A DNA stretch of 63,075 nt, filler included, from Olpidium bornovanus S191 (GCA_017911155.1; 33 parts of 33 records of this genome joined end to end with filler, not necessarily neighbours in it); one strand, 5' to 3'; numbered from the whole stretch's first letter, positions 49,063 to 61,341 are shown. Numbers and translations: made by a program. Notes: a model not told the origin generated them from the letters alone.

Positions 49063-49798
49063 CTGCGTAGATTTGACGTAATTATACCAATATACATATA
49101 ATCACATTATATGATAATAATAAATTATTATTTTATCTAGAGCGGGTTATCATGATCTCTACGACTTGACCAACTTACCAATAGACATGATTAATGAGCG
49201 GAGAGCCGACAGCCGCGAAGTCTGACGCGAACTTACGCGGCTCTGGCTGAAAAGCTCAATCAAGAGAAACAAGGGGCCACGCCGCACTTCAGCTGGAACG
49301 GGAAANNNNNNNNNNNNNNNNNNNNNNNNNNNNNNNNNNNNNNNNNNNNTTAATTAATTAANNNNNNNNNNNNNNNNNNNNNNNNNNNNNNNNNNNNNNN
49401 NNNNNCATGCTCCAACCCAGACACGTGCAGGAAATCTCGTAAAATTCTCTGAATGATCCGCGCATTTTTGGGGCGAACGAGCCGCTTCCCGCCGAAGTAC
49501 CTCGCACAAACTGTCAAACAGCGGCGAAAGATCCAACGCCTTTTTTCGTCGGTTGCTTGCGCACATAGAACAAAAACGAGCAGAAACAAAAAAAGGACGT
49601 ACCGGCGTCACGGATGTTTTACGAAGGTGTCGCCGTCGCCGACGTTCCCCATGTGGGCAGCGAGCTCACCATGGGCAAGCCTCAGGCAGGACCGGCTGCC
49701 CCTCTCGGTACTGTCTTCTTTGGTCCGCAATAGAGCAGTGGCCCCGCTTTTCACCCTGCTCCTCCCGTCTTCGCCTGCGTTGTCTGTAAAGGAAAACA

Positions 49799-50625
49799 TC
49801 AGCTAAGGAGCCCGCGTCGGTCAAAAACCTGACCGGCCCCGTCTAATAACAAATACCGTCGGGTTGGCAACCTCTCCTCCGGTGGTGACCTATCCGGCGA
49901 CGCAAATTCCGCCTCCTCGCCAGCGGAATCGACTCTGGCACCGGAACGTCGCCGGCGCCTCCGGCGAGGCCTACGGTCGCGGCTGATTCCACTTCTGGCG
50001 CCCCCGACCTCCTGGTCAGAGGAATCGTCCCGGTCGCCCAAACGCCGCGAACGTTTCCGTCCCGGACTACGGTCGAGGCTGTTTCCCTCTCTGCCGTCCC
50101 GGACCTCCTCGTCAGCGGAATCGTCGTCCCTGGCACTCGAGCGTTTTCGAGGGTGTTTACGGCTCGGATTACGTTCGAGGCTGTTTCCTCTTCTGCCATC
50201 CCAAGCCTCCTCGTCAGCGGAATTGTCGTCCCTGGCGCCCGTGTGTTTTCGCGAGTGTTTCCGGCTCGGACTACGGTCGAGGCTGTTTTCTCTTCTGCCA
50301 TCCCAGACCTCGTCAGCTGAATCGTCGTCCCTGGCACCAAAGCGCCGTAGGTGTTTCCGGCTGGGGCTACGGTCCGGGCTGCTTCCTCTCATGCCATCGC
50401 AAACAGCACTTCCACTTCCGCTCTCACTTGCCGACCGTCTGCGGCAGCGAGGGCTCGTGTCGTCGGGAAGGCCGTCCCGATCTCGCGGCCGACGCGACCG
50501 GTGGTCGAGCTCCCGCAGTCGGTCGCTTGTCGCGTTCCTGGCCTGCCGCAGAAGCGCCCTGTTGTGGTCGTCCGTTCTCTTAACGACGTTAAACAGAAAC
50601 CGCTTGTTCGCTTTCGGCAGGTTGC
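49799..50625 (-). CDS. Arg/Ser/Asp-rich nuclear-type protein with internal ~33-aa repeats
   Basis: Conserved-looking motif ANKRFLFNVVKRTDDHNRALL, followed by 4-5 repeats of the type SLDRSPSRKHxRxxxARDDxSADEExxDGRxxN. Confidence 0.65.
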
Positions 50626-50921
50626 ACGGAGGGCTATTCCGCGGAAACGAAACGCGGATGTCAGCAAAACAACGTTTGACTCGACTCGGCGGAGCGAAGT
50701 GCACGCCACACAACTTCAAATCGAGTGCGACTGGGGGCGTTTGGGGAAGGAAGGGTGGGAGGGGGGGGGGGGGGGGGGGGGAAGGACGGGCAAAAAGGGA
50801 TCGCGGGGCAAAAAGTCGAGGNNNNNNNNNNNNNNNNNNNNNNNNNNNNNNNNNNNNNNNNNNNNTTAATTAATTAANNNNNNNNNNNNNNNNNNNNNNN
50901 NNNNNNNNNNNNNNNNNNNNN

Positions 50922-51445
50922 ATGGGAAGCACGGCAATACTGCGGTCACCTTGCGAGCGCTCGCTGTCTTGCACGCTGCGATCATGATAAGCACTGCCGG
51001 ATATCACCGCCGTTTCCGCAAATTGTCGTGTCCAACGGAAATTGAACGGGACAGCGAGTCGTAGAAACGCCGCGCCATAGCCGTGCACGTTTCCGTCAGA
51101 CCTTCGGCCGTTAAAGGCGGACCAGAAAAAAACGCGGAAGCGTCGGACGTACGCTCCATGTAGTTATCGTTGACGTGCCCGCAGCCGGACTGGATGATGT
51201 ACACATCCTGGTCTCGCACCGACTCCCCAATTTCGACGTTGGTCTCGTTATTTGAAAACTTGGAGAGTTTGACCTTCCCCAGCGGCTGGCCGAGACGTCT
51301 ACAAATCCTCTGAGATATAACGCCAACGCCCACGGTGAACGTGGCGAAACAAACGAAAGCGCGGGGCAGCGCATTGAACGCAATTCGGCCGTACCTCTGC
51401 AAGCTCCGGGTGGGACGAGCCCGAGAACACGACGATGTTCCGCAT
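50922..51445 (-). CDS. PRS5: Ribose-phosphate pyrophosphokinase (PRS5-like), N-terminal exons 51445-51395, 51309-51153, ~50993-gap
   Basis: [17 protein letters not shown]|[52 protein letters not shown]|[24 protein letters not shown]. The family is certain; the paralog assignment is less so. Confidence 0.9.
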
Positions 51446-51959
51446 GGCGGCCGACCTCCTTGCACTGTCCGCCGGCACAAACACGCTCAACTATTGTGGA
51501 AAGGCCAGCTTTCCAGCAAGCGCCGCCCCTGGACTACGACGGAAGCACGCGGAGCACGCGACGCCGACAACGAACAAGTTTTAGATGGACAGCACTCTTC
51601 AGGTCCCCGGGCCCAGCAGCCGGGAAACGCGGGCGCACGGAAACCTCGCCAAAAGCCGCCAGTTTCGGAATGTTGCGCCGCGGTACCACTTCGGCCGAAC
51701 GGCTCCCCGCGAGACACGCCACGTCCGCTTCCTGGCGCTCACCCGACTTCGCAAGGCGTGGACAGTTCTCTGTCACCAGCTCGCCCGGCTCAATCGCCCG
51801 ACCGGCCTTTATGAGAGGGACTCGTTTCTCTGCTTGATGTTGGCGCTTGGGAGAAAAAGGGAGGTGGCGGTGGGGCCCGAAGGGCGATGGAAAAAAAAAG
51901 AAAAAAAAAATCCAGGCTGAACGCTGCGGATGAACACCGGGATTTTTGTTACACCTCGG

Positions 51960-52760
51960 CGAGCTTTCCGCCCTCAGAGATAGCGCCTGGGTTTACCCTA
52001 GATTTTGCTTGCATTTGCCGGCAGACGGCAGGGTTAAGGCGGTGGGCGGCACAATGGGTGTTGAAGAGACAAGGACTGACTCCGCGTAGGTGGGCGGCCA
52101 GGCTGTTGTCCTTGCCGGTCATTGTTGATGTTCCAATGAGACTATTGTTCGGTGGTTGCCTGCAATATCTGTTCGCATTTGACAGACAGATATTGTCTGA
52201 ACCAAACCTAACCTATTCTGAACAGTTTTTGTCCGGCACAAAGGCATCTCGGATTGTTTTGAACAGAGTCGCCCCATGTTTCATTTCGACAAACAGCATG
52301 CCCACAAAGCAAGGCCTGAAGGCCCCAATTTATCAGAAAAGTGATACACCCTTGCCCAAACTAGCAATGCCAATATACCAAATTATTAGTCTTGTGCTGT
52401 GTCTCAAAAACAAGAGTAGACGATGAGGAGAGGCTGATCCGCGATGTCTTTTGATTGGTCAACCATGATGGGAAAACAGTTGGCTTGACGGATGACTTCC
52501 CAGACTTCATTCTCTGTCACATGCGACATCGCGACATGGAACTGGCACGCACCGACTGCATTGTCGTAGGGCGTGATTTTTTGGAACGCTCAGAATTGAC
52601 AGGGCTCCCTGCGCATGCTGAACTTGACCAAGCACATGTCGCGTAAAATCAGGAAACTGTCGAGCGGATGGTTTTTCTTGACCATGTAGTGGATTGACAA
52701 AGAAAAAATTGAAAAAATCACTGTGGCAGCCCTGAACTTTCTAAATCTGGCTGTTCAGTA
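51960..52760 (-). pseudogene. hAT-superfamily (ZNF862-like) transposase remnant
   Basis: Across stops and frameshifts: YMVKKNHPLDSF...YDNAVGACQF...VWEVIRQANCFPIMVDQSKDIADQPLLIVY (first catalytic D region) and GTSTMTGKDNSLAAHLRGVSPCLFNTHCAAHRLN (hAT CxxH motif). Confidence 0.8.
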
Positions 52761-52903
52761 CACCCCTTAGCCGTACTTAGACTGTACGTGGCGAAGAGGC
52801 CGANNNNNNNNNNNNNNNNNNNNNNNNNNNNNNNNNNNNNNNNNNNNTTAATTAATTAANNNNNNNNNNNNNNNNNNNNNNNNNNNNNNNNNNNNNNNNN
52901 NNN

Positions 52904-53959
52904 GCATGGCGAACAGCAGTGCAAACAACGGCGGCAGCGGCCAACCCGCGTCTTCCGCCGGCAGCGGAGCTGGGCCGACGAGAAAGGCGGACTACAACAT
53001 CCGGCTGTGCCGGCTGGCGCTCGTCCTCAACTCGTTCGACCTCCGGGTTTTCCAATCGACAGTGAACGCGCTGCAGAAAACTCGGATTCTGACCATGGAC
53101 AAGATCGAAGCCGAGATCAACATGCTACAGGCGTTTGCTGGGCAAGACCAGCGGTGCCCTCTTATATCAATTGATTGGGAGTCCGGTAAGCGACCGTAAA
53201 CCGTCTGTAAGGGGGCGAGCAGCGCATCAACACCCAAAAAACAGAAGAACAAAAATGTCTGGGCGTTATTCTTATCTCTCAATTTTTTTCTTTTTTTTGC
53301 TGGACAAAAAAAGATTACATTTTCTCAAATGGATATCGAGCCCCGCCGTGGCGGCAAGTCTACGGAGAGCTTGCATACATTGAAGTACAGCCTATGGACA
53401 GAGAAAAATTGATAATTACCGCTATAAAAAGCGGATATTATGCCATTAAGGGACACACCGATAACAAAGGTTGGCCGTATTGTCGTGCGGAAGAGAGCGG
53501 CCCGTATCTGCGTCGATGACCAATGGGCGTGCGGGACATTGTCAAAACGCAGCAACCGAACGGCTTAACTACGAAAAAGTGTCAGAGACATATCCCACAC
53601 TTGTTGACCTTCTTAAAGGCCAGAGCAAGCATTTTGCTGATCACATCGACCAGCAGACGTACCTGTACCAACCGGAAACAAGACTAGGTAGGAATTTATT
53701 TTCAAAGAAAGAAAAAAGAAAGAGACGAAACCTTTTTTGTCCCGTTTCATGTCCGGTGCCCCCGTTGTGCATCCCCGGGCGTGCTGACGGGGCGGCCGCC
53801 GCTTTTTGCACCCGGACAGGACCGACGACCATTGCTCAGAGCATCGTCGCCGACATCAAAAACGTCCGGGACGACGAGGAGACCGCGTCCCTGGACGACG
53901 TGGCGCGGGGAGACGCCAAAGACATCAACCTCGCCCGCAAGGGCGACCAGGGAAAGGAG

Positions 53960-53994
<35 letters not shown>

Positions 53995-55551
53995 GGGCCA
54001 GCTGCAGGGCGGCGTGCCGCCCAGCCAGCAGCCGCGGGGCGCCCGCAAACCCGGGCCGAAGGGCGCCGGGGCCGCCGGGAGCGGCGGCAAGGGCCACGGC
54101 GTGGGCCACGTCCCGGAGCCCTCGTCCAAGTGGAAAGCGCTCGGGTTCACGCAGGAGGAGGCGAACGGCGCGAAGCTCAAAACCCCGCGCGCCGGCGGCC
54201 GGGCTCCCTCGAAGAAGCGCTGCGGCGGCGGCGGCGGCGGCGGCACGGCGTCGGAGAAGGGCGAAAAGTGGCAGGCTAAGTGCGCCGAGCAGCCGGGAAA
54301 CAAGCGGTGGCAGAGGAGGGACGACCAGGAGGACGACTTCTCGGAGTCCGACAGCGGCGACAGCTCCGAAGAAGAAGTGCAAGAAAAGCGACAAGAGAGC
54401 TGTCAGTCGCTTTTTTGCCTCCTCCTCCCTCCACTCACGATTTATTTATCCGTTGCGGCTGTTCCGCGGAAAACCATTTTTCTTTTGCGCGCCAGCCCGG
54501 CTTGACGACCGGGTGCCGTTTTCTTTTTCTTTCCCCCCCGCAGCCGAACTCCCGGCAGAATATTGGCAGATACAGAAACTGGTCAAATATTTGAGAGTCG
54601 GCAACCAGACAGCCACGATAATCGCGATCTGCTCTCTCCGGGACTTTGACCTGAGGAACGAAACCAATCAGTTGGCGATAAGGGATGTCGGGGGCTTGGA
54701 GACGCTGGTGAACCTGCTGGATACGGACGACCCGAAGTGCAAGGTCGGGTCACTGCAAATCCTCAAGGAGGTATGCCAAAATGGTAGGCAAAAAAAAAAC
54801 AGATTTTGATCGGTTCAACCGCCAACGAAAAAGGGGAACCGCCATAGTGACTAACATTTTTTTTGTCGATTTCCCTCGCGAAGTGCAAATCCGCCGAGCC
54901 ATCGCCGAGCTCGACGGCATGCAGCCGCTGGTGGAGCTCCTGAGGGATCCGAACGAGGAGCTGAAATGCCTGGCCGCCGAGACGATCGCCCACTGCGCCC
55001 GCAACAGCACGAACCGGAGAATGGTCCGCAAGTACGGCGGCATCCGAGCGCTGGTGCGGCTCTTGAAGGCGACTGCGGAGAACAACGACGAGCGAGTTGC
55101 CATCAGCGGCGCGATGGCATTGAGCAGCTGCAGCAAAAGCGGTGCGGGCCTTTTCTTTTTGTTCTCCTCCCTTTCTTCCCCCCACCCAGTCCTTCGCCGT
55201 TTATTGCATTTTTTTTTTCCTTTTTGTTTCTGCAAGCAGTTGAGAGAGGCTCACCCGCCGCAAACACGTTATCTGATTGAACGGACAGCGAAGAACAAGG
55301 AAGCCATCCAGGCGGCGGGCTCGATCCCTCTCCTCGCGAAACTGCTTCAATCCAGTAACCAGAAGCTGCTGATTCCCGTGGTGGGCATACTCCAGGAATG
55401 CGCTTCCGACGAGTACTACCGCATCGCCATCCGGGCGAGCGGGATGATCAAGTTCCTGGTGGAGAACCTGAAGAGCAACAACGAGGAGCTGCAGACGAAC
55501 TGCGCCAGCGCGATCTTTAAATGCGCGGAAGACGGTTCGGTCCCCCCCCCC

Positions 55552-55588
<37 letters not shown>

Positions 55589-55593
55589 TTCGC
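52904..55593 (+). CDS. ODAD2: Outer dynein arm docking complex subunit 2 (ARMC4/ODAD2), partial
   Basis: [36 protein letters not shown]...[34 protein letters not shown]...[13 protein letters not shown], followed by further ARM repeats. Confidence 0.95.
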
Positions 55594-55739
55594 NNNNNNN
55601 NNNNNNNNNNNNNNNNNNNNNNNNNNNNNNNNNNNNNTTAATTAATTAANNNNNNNNNNNNNNNNNNNNNNNNNNNNNNNNNNNNNNNNNNNNAAGCGAA
55701 GGCGTCGGCCGCCGCTACGGGTCGAGCGGCGTCGGCTGC

Positions 55740-56620
55740 TCTCTCTTTTCCTCCTCCCGTCCTTTCTCGCGCAGCGTCGGCTGCGGAGTTCGAGGCCGCG
55801 TCGCAGCGCCATCGACGCCGAACCCGAGGGCGACGCGCACAGCCCGCCTGTCGACCGGGTCGCCCAGAGCTCCCTGCGGGCCCAAAGCCGGCTCTGCCCT
55901 CCCTGCCGCTCGGACCCGATCCGATTGCGGCCACGTCGGCTTCGTCGCCGACACTGTGCGGCTCCTCATTTGCGAAGAAGAAGAGAAGGTTTTCCTCCAG
56001 CTTGAAGTATACGCCGCGAGCTGGCAAGACGAATTTGTCCCCAGAAATGCCCGGTCCCTCCATGCAGAAAGCCGGGCACAGGTGATTTGCGTCGCCGTCA
56101 ACATGCATGCGGGGCTCGAGAATGGCAAAAAGCATGGCTTTGTCAGCCCCATGATCAAAGCATCGATAAACGCACAAGAAGACGCGCAACCAAAATCTAT
56201 CCCACCTGATAGTTGTGCGCCGTCCACATCGGCGGTGGTGCTGCAGGAAACGCCTTGTGGAAAGCCGAGAGCTCATCACTCAGGCACGAATCGTGAGCTT
56301 CAACGTAAGACAAAAACTCGCAAACGAGGCCATGTTGCGCAGTGCAGTTGGCGCGTGTATTAGTCCTTCCGGCGCAGCTCGAAGAGCTGGCTTCGCGAGG
56401 TAGTGAAGCTCCCGCACACTCCGCGGACTGGCCACGCCAAAGCCAGCCATCTTCCCACCAGCGCGATGTTGCCGACACGCCGAACGGCTCACTCCAAGCT
56501 GAGTTTGAAGCAAAACTTGGCACTTACGGAGCCAACAGTTAAAAGTTGCCGTTGGTGCGAAGTTCCGCTGGAAGCCCCCAACGACGGCCATGGTGTCGGC
56601 ATCAAAGATCCATCATTCTT
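55740..56620 (-). CDS. TET/JBP-like 2OG-Fe(II) dioxygenase (possibly frameshifted or pseudogenised)
   Basis: With a proposed intron at 56115-56205 (CTGAC branch site): MWTAHNYQ|PRMHVDGDANHLCPAFCMEGPGISGDKFVLPARGVYFKLEENLLFFFANEEPHSV. HxD to distal His spacing is 49 aa. Upstream GGKMAGFGV and downstream RVALGF lie in adjacent frames. Confidence 0.55.
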
Positions 56621-57154
56621 GCATATTGCCTCAGGCACGATAGAGAGATGCATTCCAATGTCGCAGGCACTTTCTCGGATGGCAGGCTGGACATGAATTT
56701 CCCCAGGCACTTGGCATGCAGCTCCGGTCGATGAGGAAGGATGAGGCAGACGGGAGCTCCTTGGCAGCACGCCAAGGCTCGTGGGTGCCCAGGCTTAGCA
56801 NNNNNNNNNNNNNNNNNNNNNNNNNNNNNNNNNNNNNNNNNNNNTTAATTAATTAANNNNNNNNNNNNNNNNNNNNNNNNNNNNNNNNNNNNNNNNNNNN
56901 CCACGAAAGCACAAAAGCGCATCAAGGAGCTGCTCGTTATCTGCATTTCGTTTAAACGCAACTTCTGTCAGGCTCAATTCTGGCTTCCCAGCTCTAGATA
57001 CGTTTTATTGGTCGAACATGGGGGAAAGCGAGCTAAAGCGGTGAAGCTGGCTTGAACAACGAAAAAACCTAATCAATTGAGAGAGCATGTCCACCTTTTT
57101 ACATTGACGTTTCTACTGGTGCCCATTTTCTGCAGCGGTTTCCGCGTTAGCAGT

Positions 57155-58363
57155 TCACCCGTGGTTACCGTTCAAAGCACCCGTCGCGTTCGCCCCCGGC
57201 GACGGCCCTCGGGAGCCGAATTCCGCCTTATCAACACGTTCGCCGTGAGACGTGCGCTGAGGGGAATAGCGGCCGACAGACCGGCCGCTGCGAGGAGGCG
57301 GGCTGCGCGACACGCTTCCGGGACGGAGGGAAGTCCGTCGCGGGCTCCTTGACCTGCCAAGCGGGACAGGCGACTTCGCACCGGGAGGAGAGACCGAGAA
57401 GTGGCGTCCCCGCGGCGCTCCCGGGGTGGGCGACCTGTCCGGAGACCGCCGGGAACGGCCACCGGTGCGTCGCCGTTTCGGCGGGGTCACACTTCTACGC
57501 CATCTCCCGCGAGATGCCGACCTGGCGCGCGGACTGCGGCTGGGCGACCTCCCCCGGGACCGTGAGCGACGAGATTGCCGGGACGGCGTCCGAGACCCAC
57601 CTCGAGGGCCTGGGCTGCAGTGCCGGCGGCCGTAGCGCGGGCCGGGGCTGCGGCTCCCGATACGGCCGTACGAGGAATCCCCGCGCGGTGGGGAGCGGTA
57701 CCGATCGTATGCTCGCGGACTGCGCGGCGGCGGAGTCCTGGAGCGATAGCGCCTGCGCACGAGCCACAAAGTTCAAAACGCGCTTTCGCGCTCACTCAGT
57801 CCGCTCAAAGAATCGCGTTTGCACATCCTCACCTGTAAGGAGGGTCCTTTGGTTTGTACCCTCTGCCTTGGCTGAACTCCACGGTTATTTTGTATCCCGG
57901 TTGGATATAGGTTCCATGCAGTTCCTTAATAACATACTCCGCGTCTCGACGGTTGCGGAAATCGACGAAGGCAAAGTCTGCGGCGAACAAGCGCAGCAAA
58001 AGCATAAAAGTAAGACGTTGAAGAGCCGCCGCTTGCGTCGTGGGCCGCGCGCGGATTGAAGCGCGGACATCGGAGACTTACTAAAATGCGGGCGAGGCTA
58101 CGTGAGCAAAAGAAAAAAGACCCTCCGTCAGTCTCGGTGCGCTTATTCGCCGGCTGCGCCGAAGGAGAAGGCAAGAAACCATCCCCCCCCCCCCTTTTCC
58201 CTCCCCCCACCCCCCTCTTCCCCAAACCGAAATGACCCATCGTCGACCTCACCTTGAAGTCTACATCGTCGTAGGGACCGTAGCCGGACACCAGCTGCTC
58301 AATGTCCTTCTTGTCGAAGCTTGTCGGCAGGCCGCCGAAGAAAACAGTGCCCGGTCGCGGCAT
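57155..58363 (-). CDS. SR splicing factor (single RRM + RS domain), includes a 16-nt microexon at 58082-58097
   Basis: MPRPGTVFFGGLPTSFDKKDIEQLVSGYGPYDDVDFK|PRPHF|NFAFVDFRNRRDAEYVIKELHG...ITVEFS, then an RS/SP-rich exon. Confidence 0.88.
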
Positions 58364-58819
58364 CTCCTGACGCGCGGTTCGGTCTCAAGCGCGCGCGCGC
58401 GCACGAGTCCCCGCCGGACTGCCACCCTCGCCGCACGCGGGGAAGCTCTGCCCTGAGGAGCCGAGAGCTCCCGCAGTTCTCGCTTCGGCGCGAAAACTCT
58501 TTTCTGTCGCCCCCACACCCTGCGCCGCCCGGACGCGACGGGGAAAAGGAGGAGGGGCGCGGCAACGGCGTGGACAAGTAGGACCCTTTTTCCTCCCCAC
58601 TTCCAGCGGAGCCGCCTGAATCGGCACCGCTGCGTTGGAAACTGGAGCCCAGCAAGCGCACGAGCGCTGTGTTGGGGTCCGCAGCGGGGGGGGGGGGGGG
58701 GGGGGGGTTCCGCCCCCCCNNNNNNNNNNNNNNNNNNNNNNNNNNNNNNNNNNNNNNNNNNNNTTAATTAATTAANNNNNNNNNNNNNNNNNNNNNNNNN
58801 NNNNNNNNNNNNNNNNNNN

Positions 58820-58931
<112 letters not shown>

Positions 58932-59386
58932 AAAAAAAAAAAAGACGCGGAAACATCCCCCCCCCTCCCCCCCGTGCCGCGCCGGCAAAAAAAGATCCCC
59001 CTTTGCTGCCGTCCCGCCCTCGTCCTTCCCGCCGAGAGGAAGCGTGCGGTGGGACGAACTGTATTGCGTTTAGATACGTCCAATTTAGTCAATTACATTC
59101 TGAAATTGCATTAACCGCGCATACCGCTTGATATATAACACCTTTAAAGGTGTAGGTATTTCATTAATCAATTGCCGGAATGCAAGAGGTATTCACAGAA
59201 TAAATAATAATATGTTAGGGGTAATCAGCTATTCTACGAGCCATTTCTTTTATGTGTAGTCTAATTGATAGAATAAGACCATATATATAAAATATAACAA
59301 TAATAATAATAATTAAAAATTAAATTATGAATAGATAGATTGCCGCCTTCTGAATGTATCGCCTAACGACCTCCAACAATGCACAG

Positions 59387-60309
59387 TTACATGAAGATAA
59401 AACCAAGAGATGAAGCTGCGTGGTTGGCTAGCTCTACTTCTTTCAGGATCTTTTCCTCAGCCAACACATCTTGCACGTCCCACAGCTCAACTTAGGTAGG
59501 TTAATGTCGTTAGTGAATTTGTTGACAGATTTACCTTTCCAACAAGCTTGTCTTGGCGTCCCAGGCCATTTTCTCAACTTACAGGTATCGCTGTGGCTCA
59601 GGAAGAGCGAGTTGTTGTTGAGGTACAGCTCGCCTGCCTATGCGGTGTTCCCAGCAGCGGGAACGTTGACGGGCCAGAACAAGCGACCTGTGGAGGGGAA
59701 GGGCGGCTAGTTTTATCTGGGAGGGTAATCCCCTCCGGCACCGTCAGAATTTACCTCGGAATCCGCAACTGCTTGAGAGCCTGCATCGGGATCGATTTGG
59801 TAACGACTATTTCTCTCGCCCGAGACGCTCGCCCGAGGTGCAGCAAATCTTCTCTCGGTTTCCCTGTGTGGGTTTGGTTTGACGTGTGATTCCCCGTCCC
59901 GAAATCAGATCTCGCTCACGCCGAGCGTGGACCACCCACCCGCCCCTCCGGCCCTCCCGCGCCCGCCGCCGCGCCCGCCACACCCGCCCCGGCCCCCTCC
60001 GCATCCCGCCGTACACGTAACGGTGAGACTGCGTGCGTTGCATAGCCAAACCTGGAGGCTGCGGCCGCAGGCGTCGCCCCTGTAGCGCTCATGTACCGGG
60101 CGCCTGCCTGCGCGTACAGCGATACGCCAACGCCGGACGCACGCCATGGCCACGTCGATGGCAATTGGCGACAGGAAAACCGTTACCGGACGGGCTCGGC
60201 CCATCCCTGCTGCCGACGCAACAAGACTGGCCGACAACCTTGTCGAGGGCGAGGCGGAGTTCTTTGTGACGCAGCGGGCCGGCAAGCTGTGAGGCAGAAT
60301 CTGTCTCAT
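59387..60309 (-). CDS. Four-exon unidentified protein
   Basis: Phase-consistent GT-AG chain reads ...TVFLSPIAIDVAMACVRRWRIAVRAG...LQVWLCN / KPREDLLHLG...EIVVTKSIPMQALKQLRIP / RSLVLA...PQRY / LELWDVQDVLAEEKILKEVELANHAASSLGFIFM*. Confidence 0.5.
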
Positions 60310-60384
60310 GTGCTCTCGTCACGCTTATTGCGGAGAGGCTTGCCGCCCTCTGAAGTGAACGACGCAAAACTCCTTCCCCTAGCA

Positions 60385-61341
60385 CTCAGTATGCCGAGGA
60401 GAAAGTCTTGCCGGCGATCCATGGCGAGGGATGGGACGGGACGACCGGCAGGTCCTCGGTTGGCCACTTAGCGAAAGTGAGAAAACTCAAATCTGACCTC
60501 AGCGCTGCCTCCCGCTGGGAGATCGCATAGAAACAAATCTCCATATTCGAGGTCGCGCAAGGACCACGGCGGACTCTGCAGTCGACGCTGCTCCTCCAGA
60601 AGAAGCGAGAGATGGCACGAGTGCAACACGAGCTCGAGCTGAAGCGCGCCGACTTTGCTAAGCGCATGGACGAGTGCCGGGAGAAGCAGGAGGAACTCCG
60701 CGCAAAGGTGTGCGCTGAAGTGGTGCCCGGGAGGAAGGAGGCATCGGGGCGGCAAGGTCGGCGGAGCTGTGATTTTCGCACCGGCTGGTGCTGAACGGAG
60801 CAATGATCCGCCTTGCAGCAAAGGCAAATCAGGGAGAGGGTCATCAAGTTCGAGAAATTCCTGAAAGAGAACGACGCGAAACGCCAGCGAGCGAACTCAA
60901 AAGCCTTGGCAGAAAAGCGGACGAGGGAACAAAAGGTCCGCAATCTGGAGCACGCCTGCCAGCCTCCACCGTGGCGAACTTTTGCTGAGTTTATGAAGCC
61001 CCTCCCCCCTTCCCCCCCCTCCCCGGCGTCGGTTAGGAGGAAGAGCTGGCAGCTCTTCAGCAGCAGCTCAAGGAGGAGATGCAGAAAACGCAGAACGTTA
61101 AGAAGATGATAGGTGCGTTTCATTTCGCATCACTGGGCTGCGTTTGGAAGATTATGTCCCGGCCATGTGCCGCCGTTTACGCCATGAGCTTACGGTCCTT
61201 GCGCGAACGGTAGGTAAATACATGGTGTACGAGCGCTACCTTCAATCCGTCGTCGACGTCTTGCCTCCAGATTACCTTGACGTGAACGAGCCCCACATCA
61301 ACGACATCCTTATGCGGCACAAGACGCTGGTGGAGACGAAC
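60385..61341 (+). CDS. CFAP73: Cilia/flagella-associated coiled-coil protein, CFAP73/CCDC42 (DUF4200) family
   Basis: STLLLQKKREMARVQHELELKRADFAKRMDECREKQEELRAK|QRQIRERVIKFEKFLKENDAKRQRANSKA...|KYMVYERYLQSVV...INDILMRHKTL. Confidence 0.88.

Noticed and set aside
47858-49305. Coding gene or transposon ORF (48542-48967)
   Set aside because: No recognisable motif and no convincing splice chain; mostly homopolymer-rich DNA.
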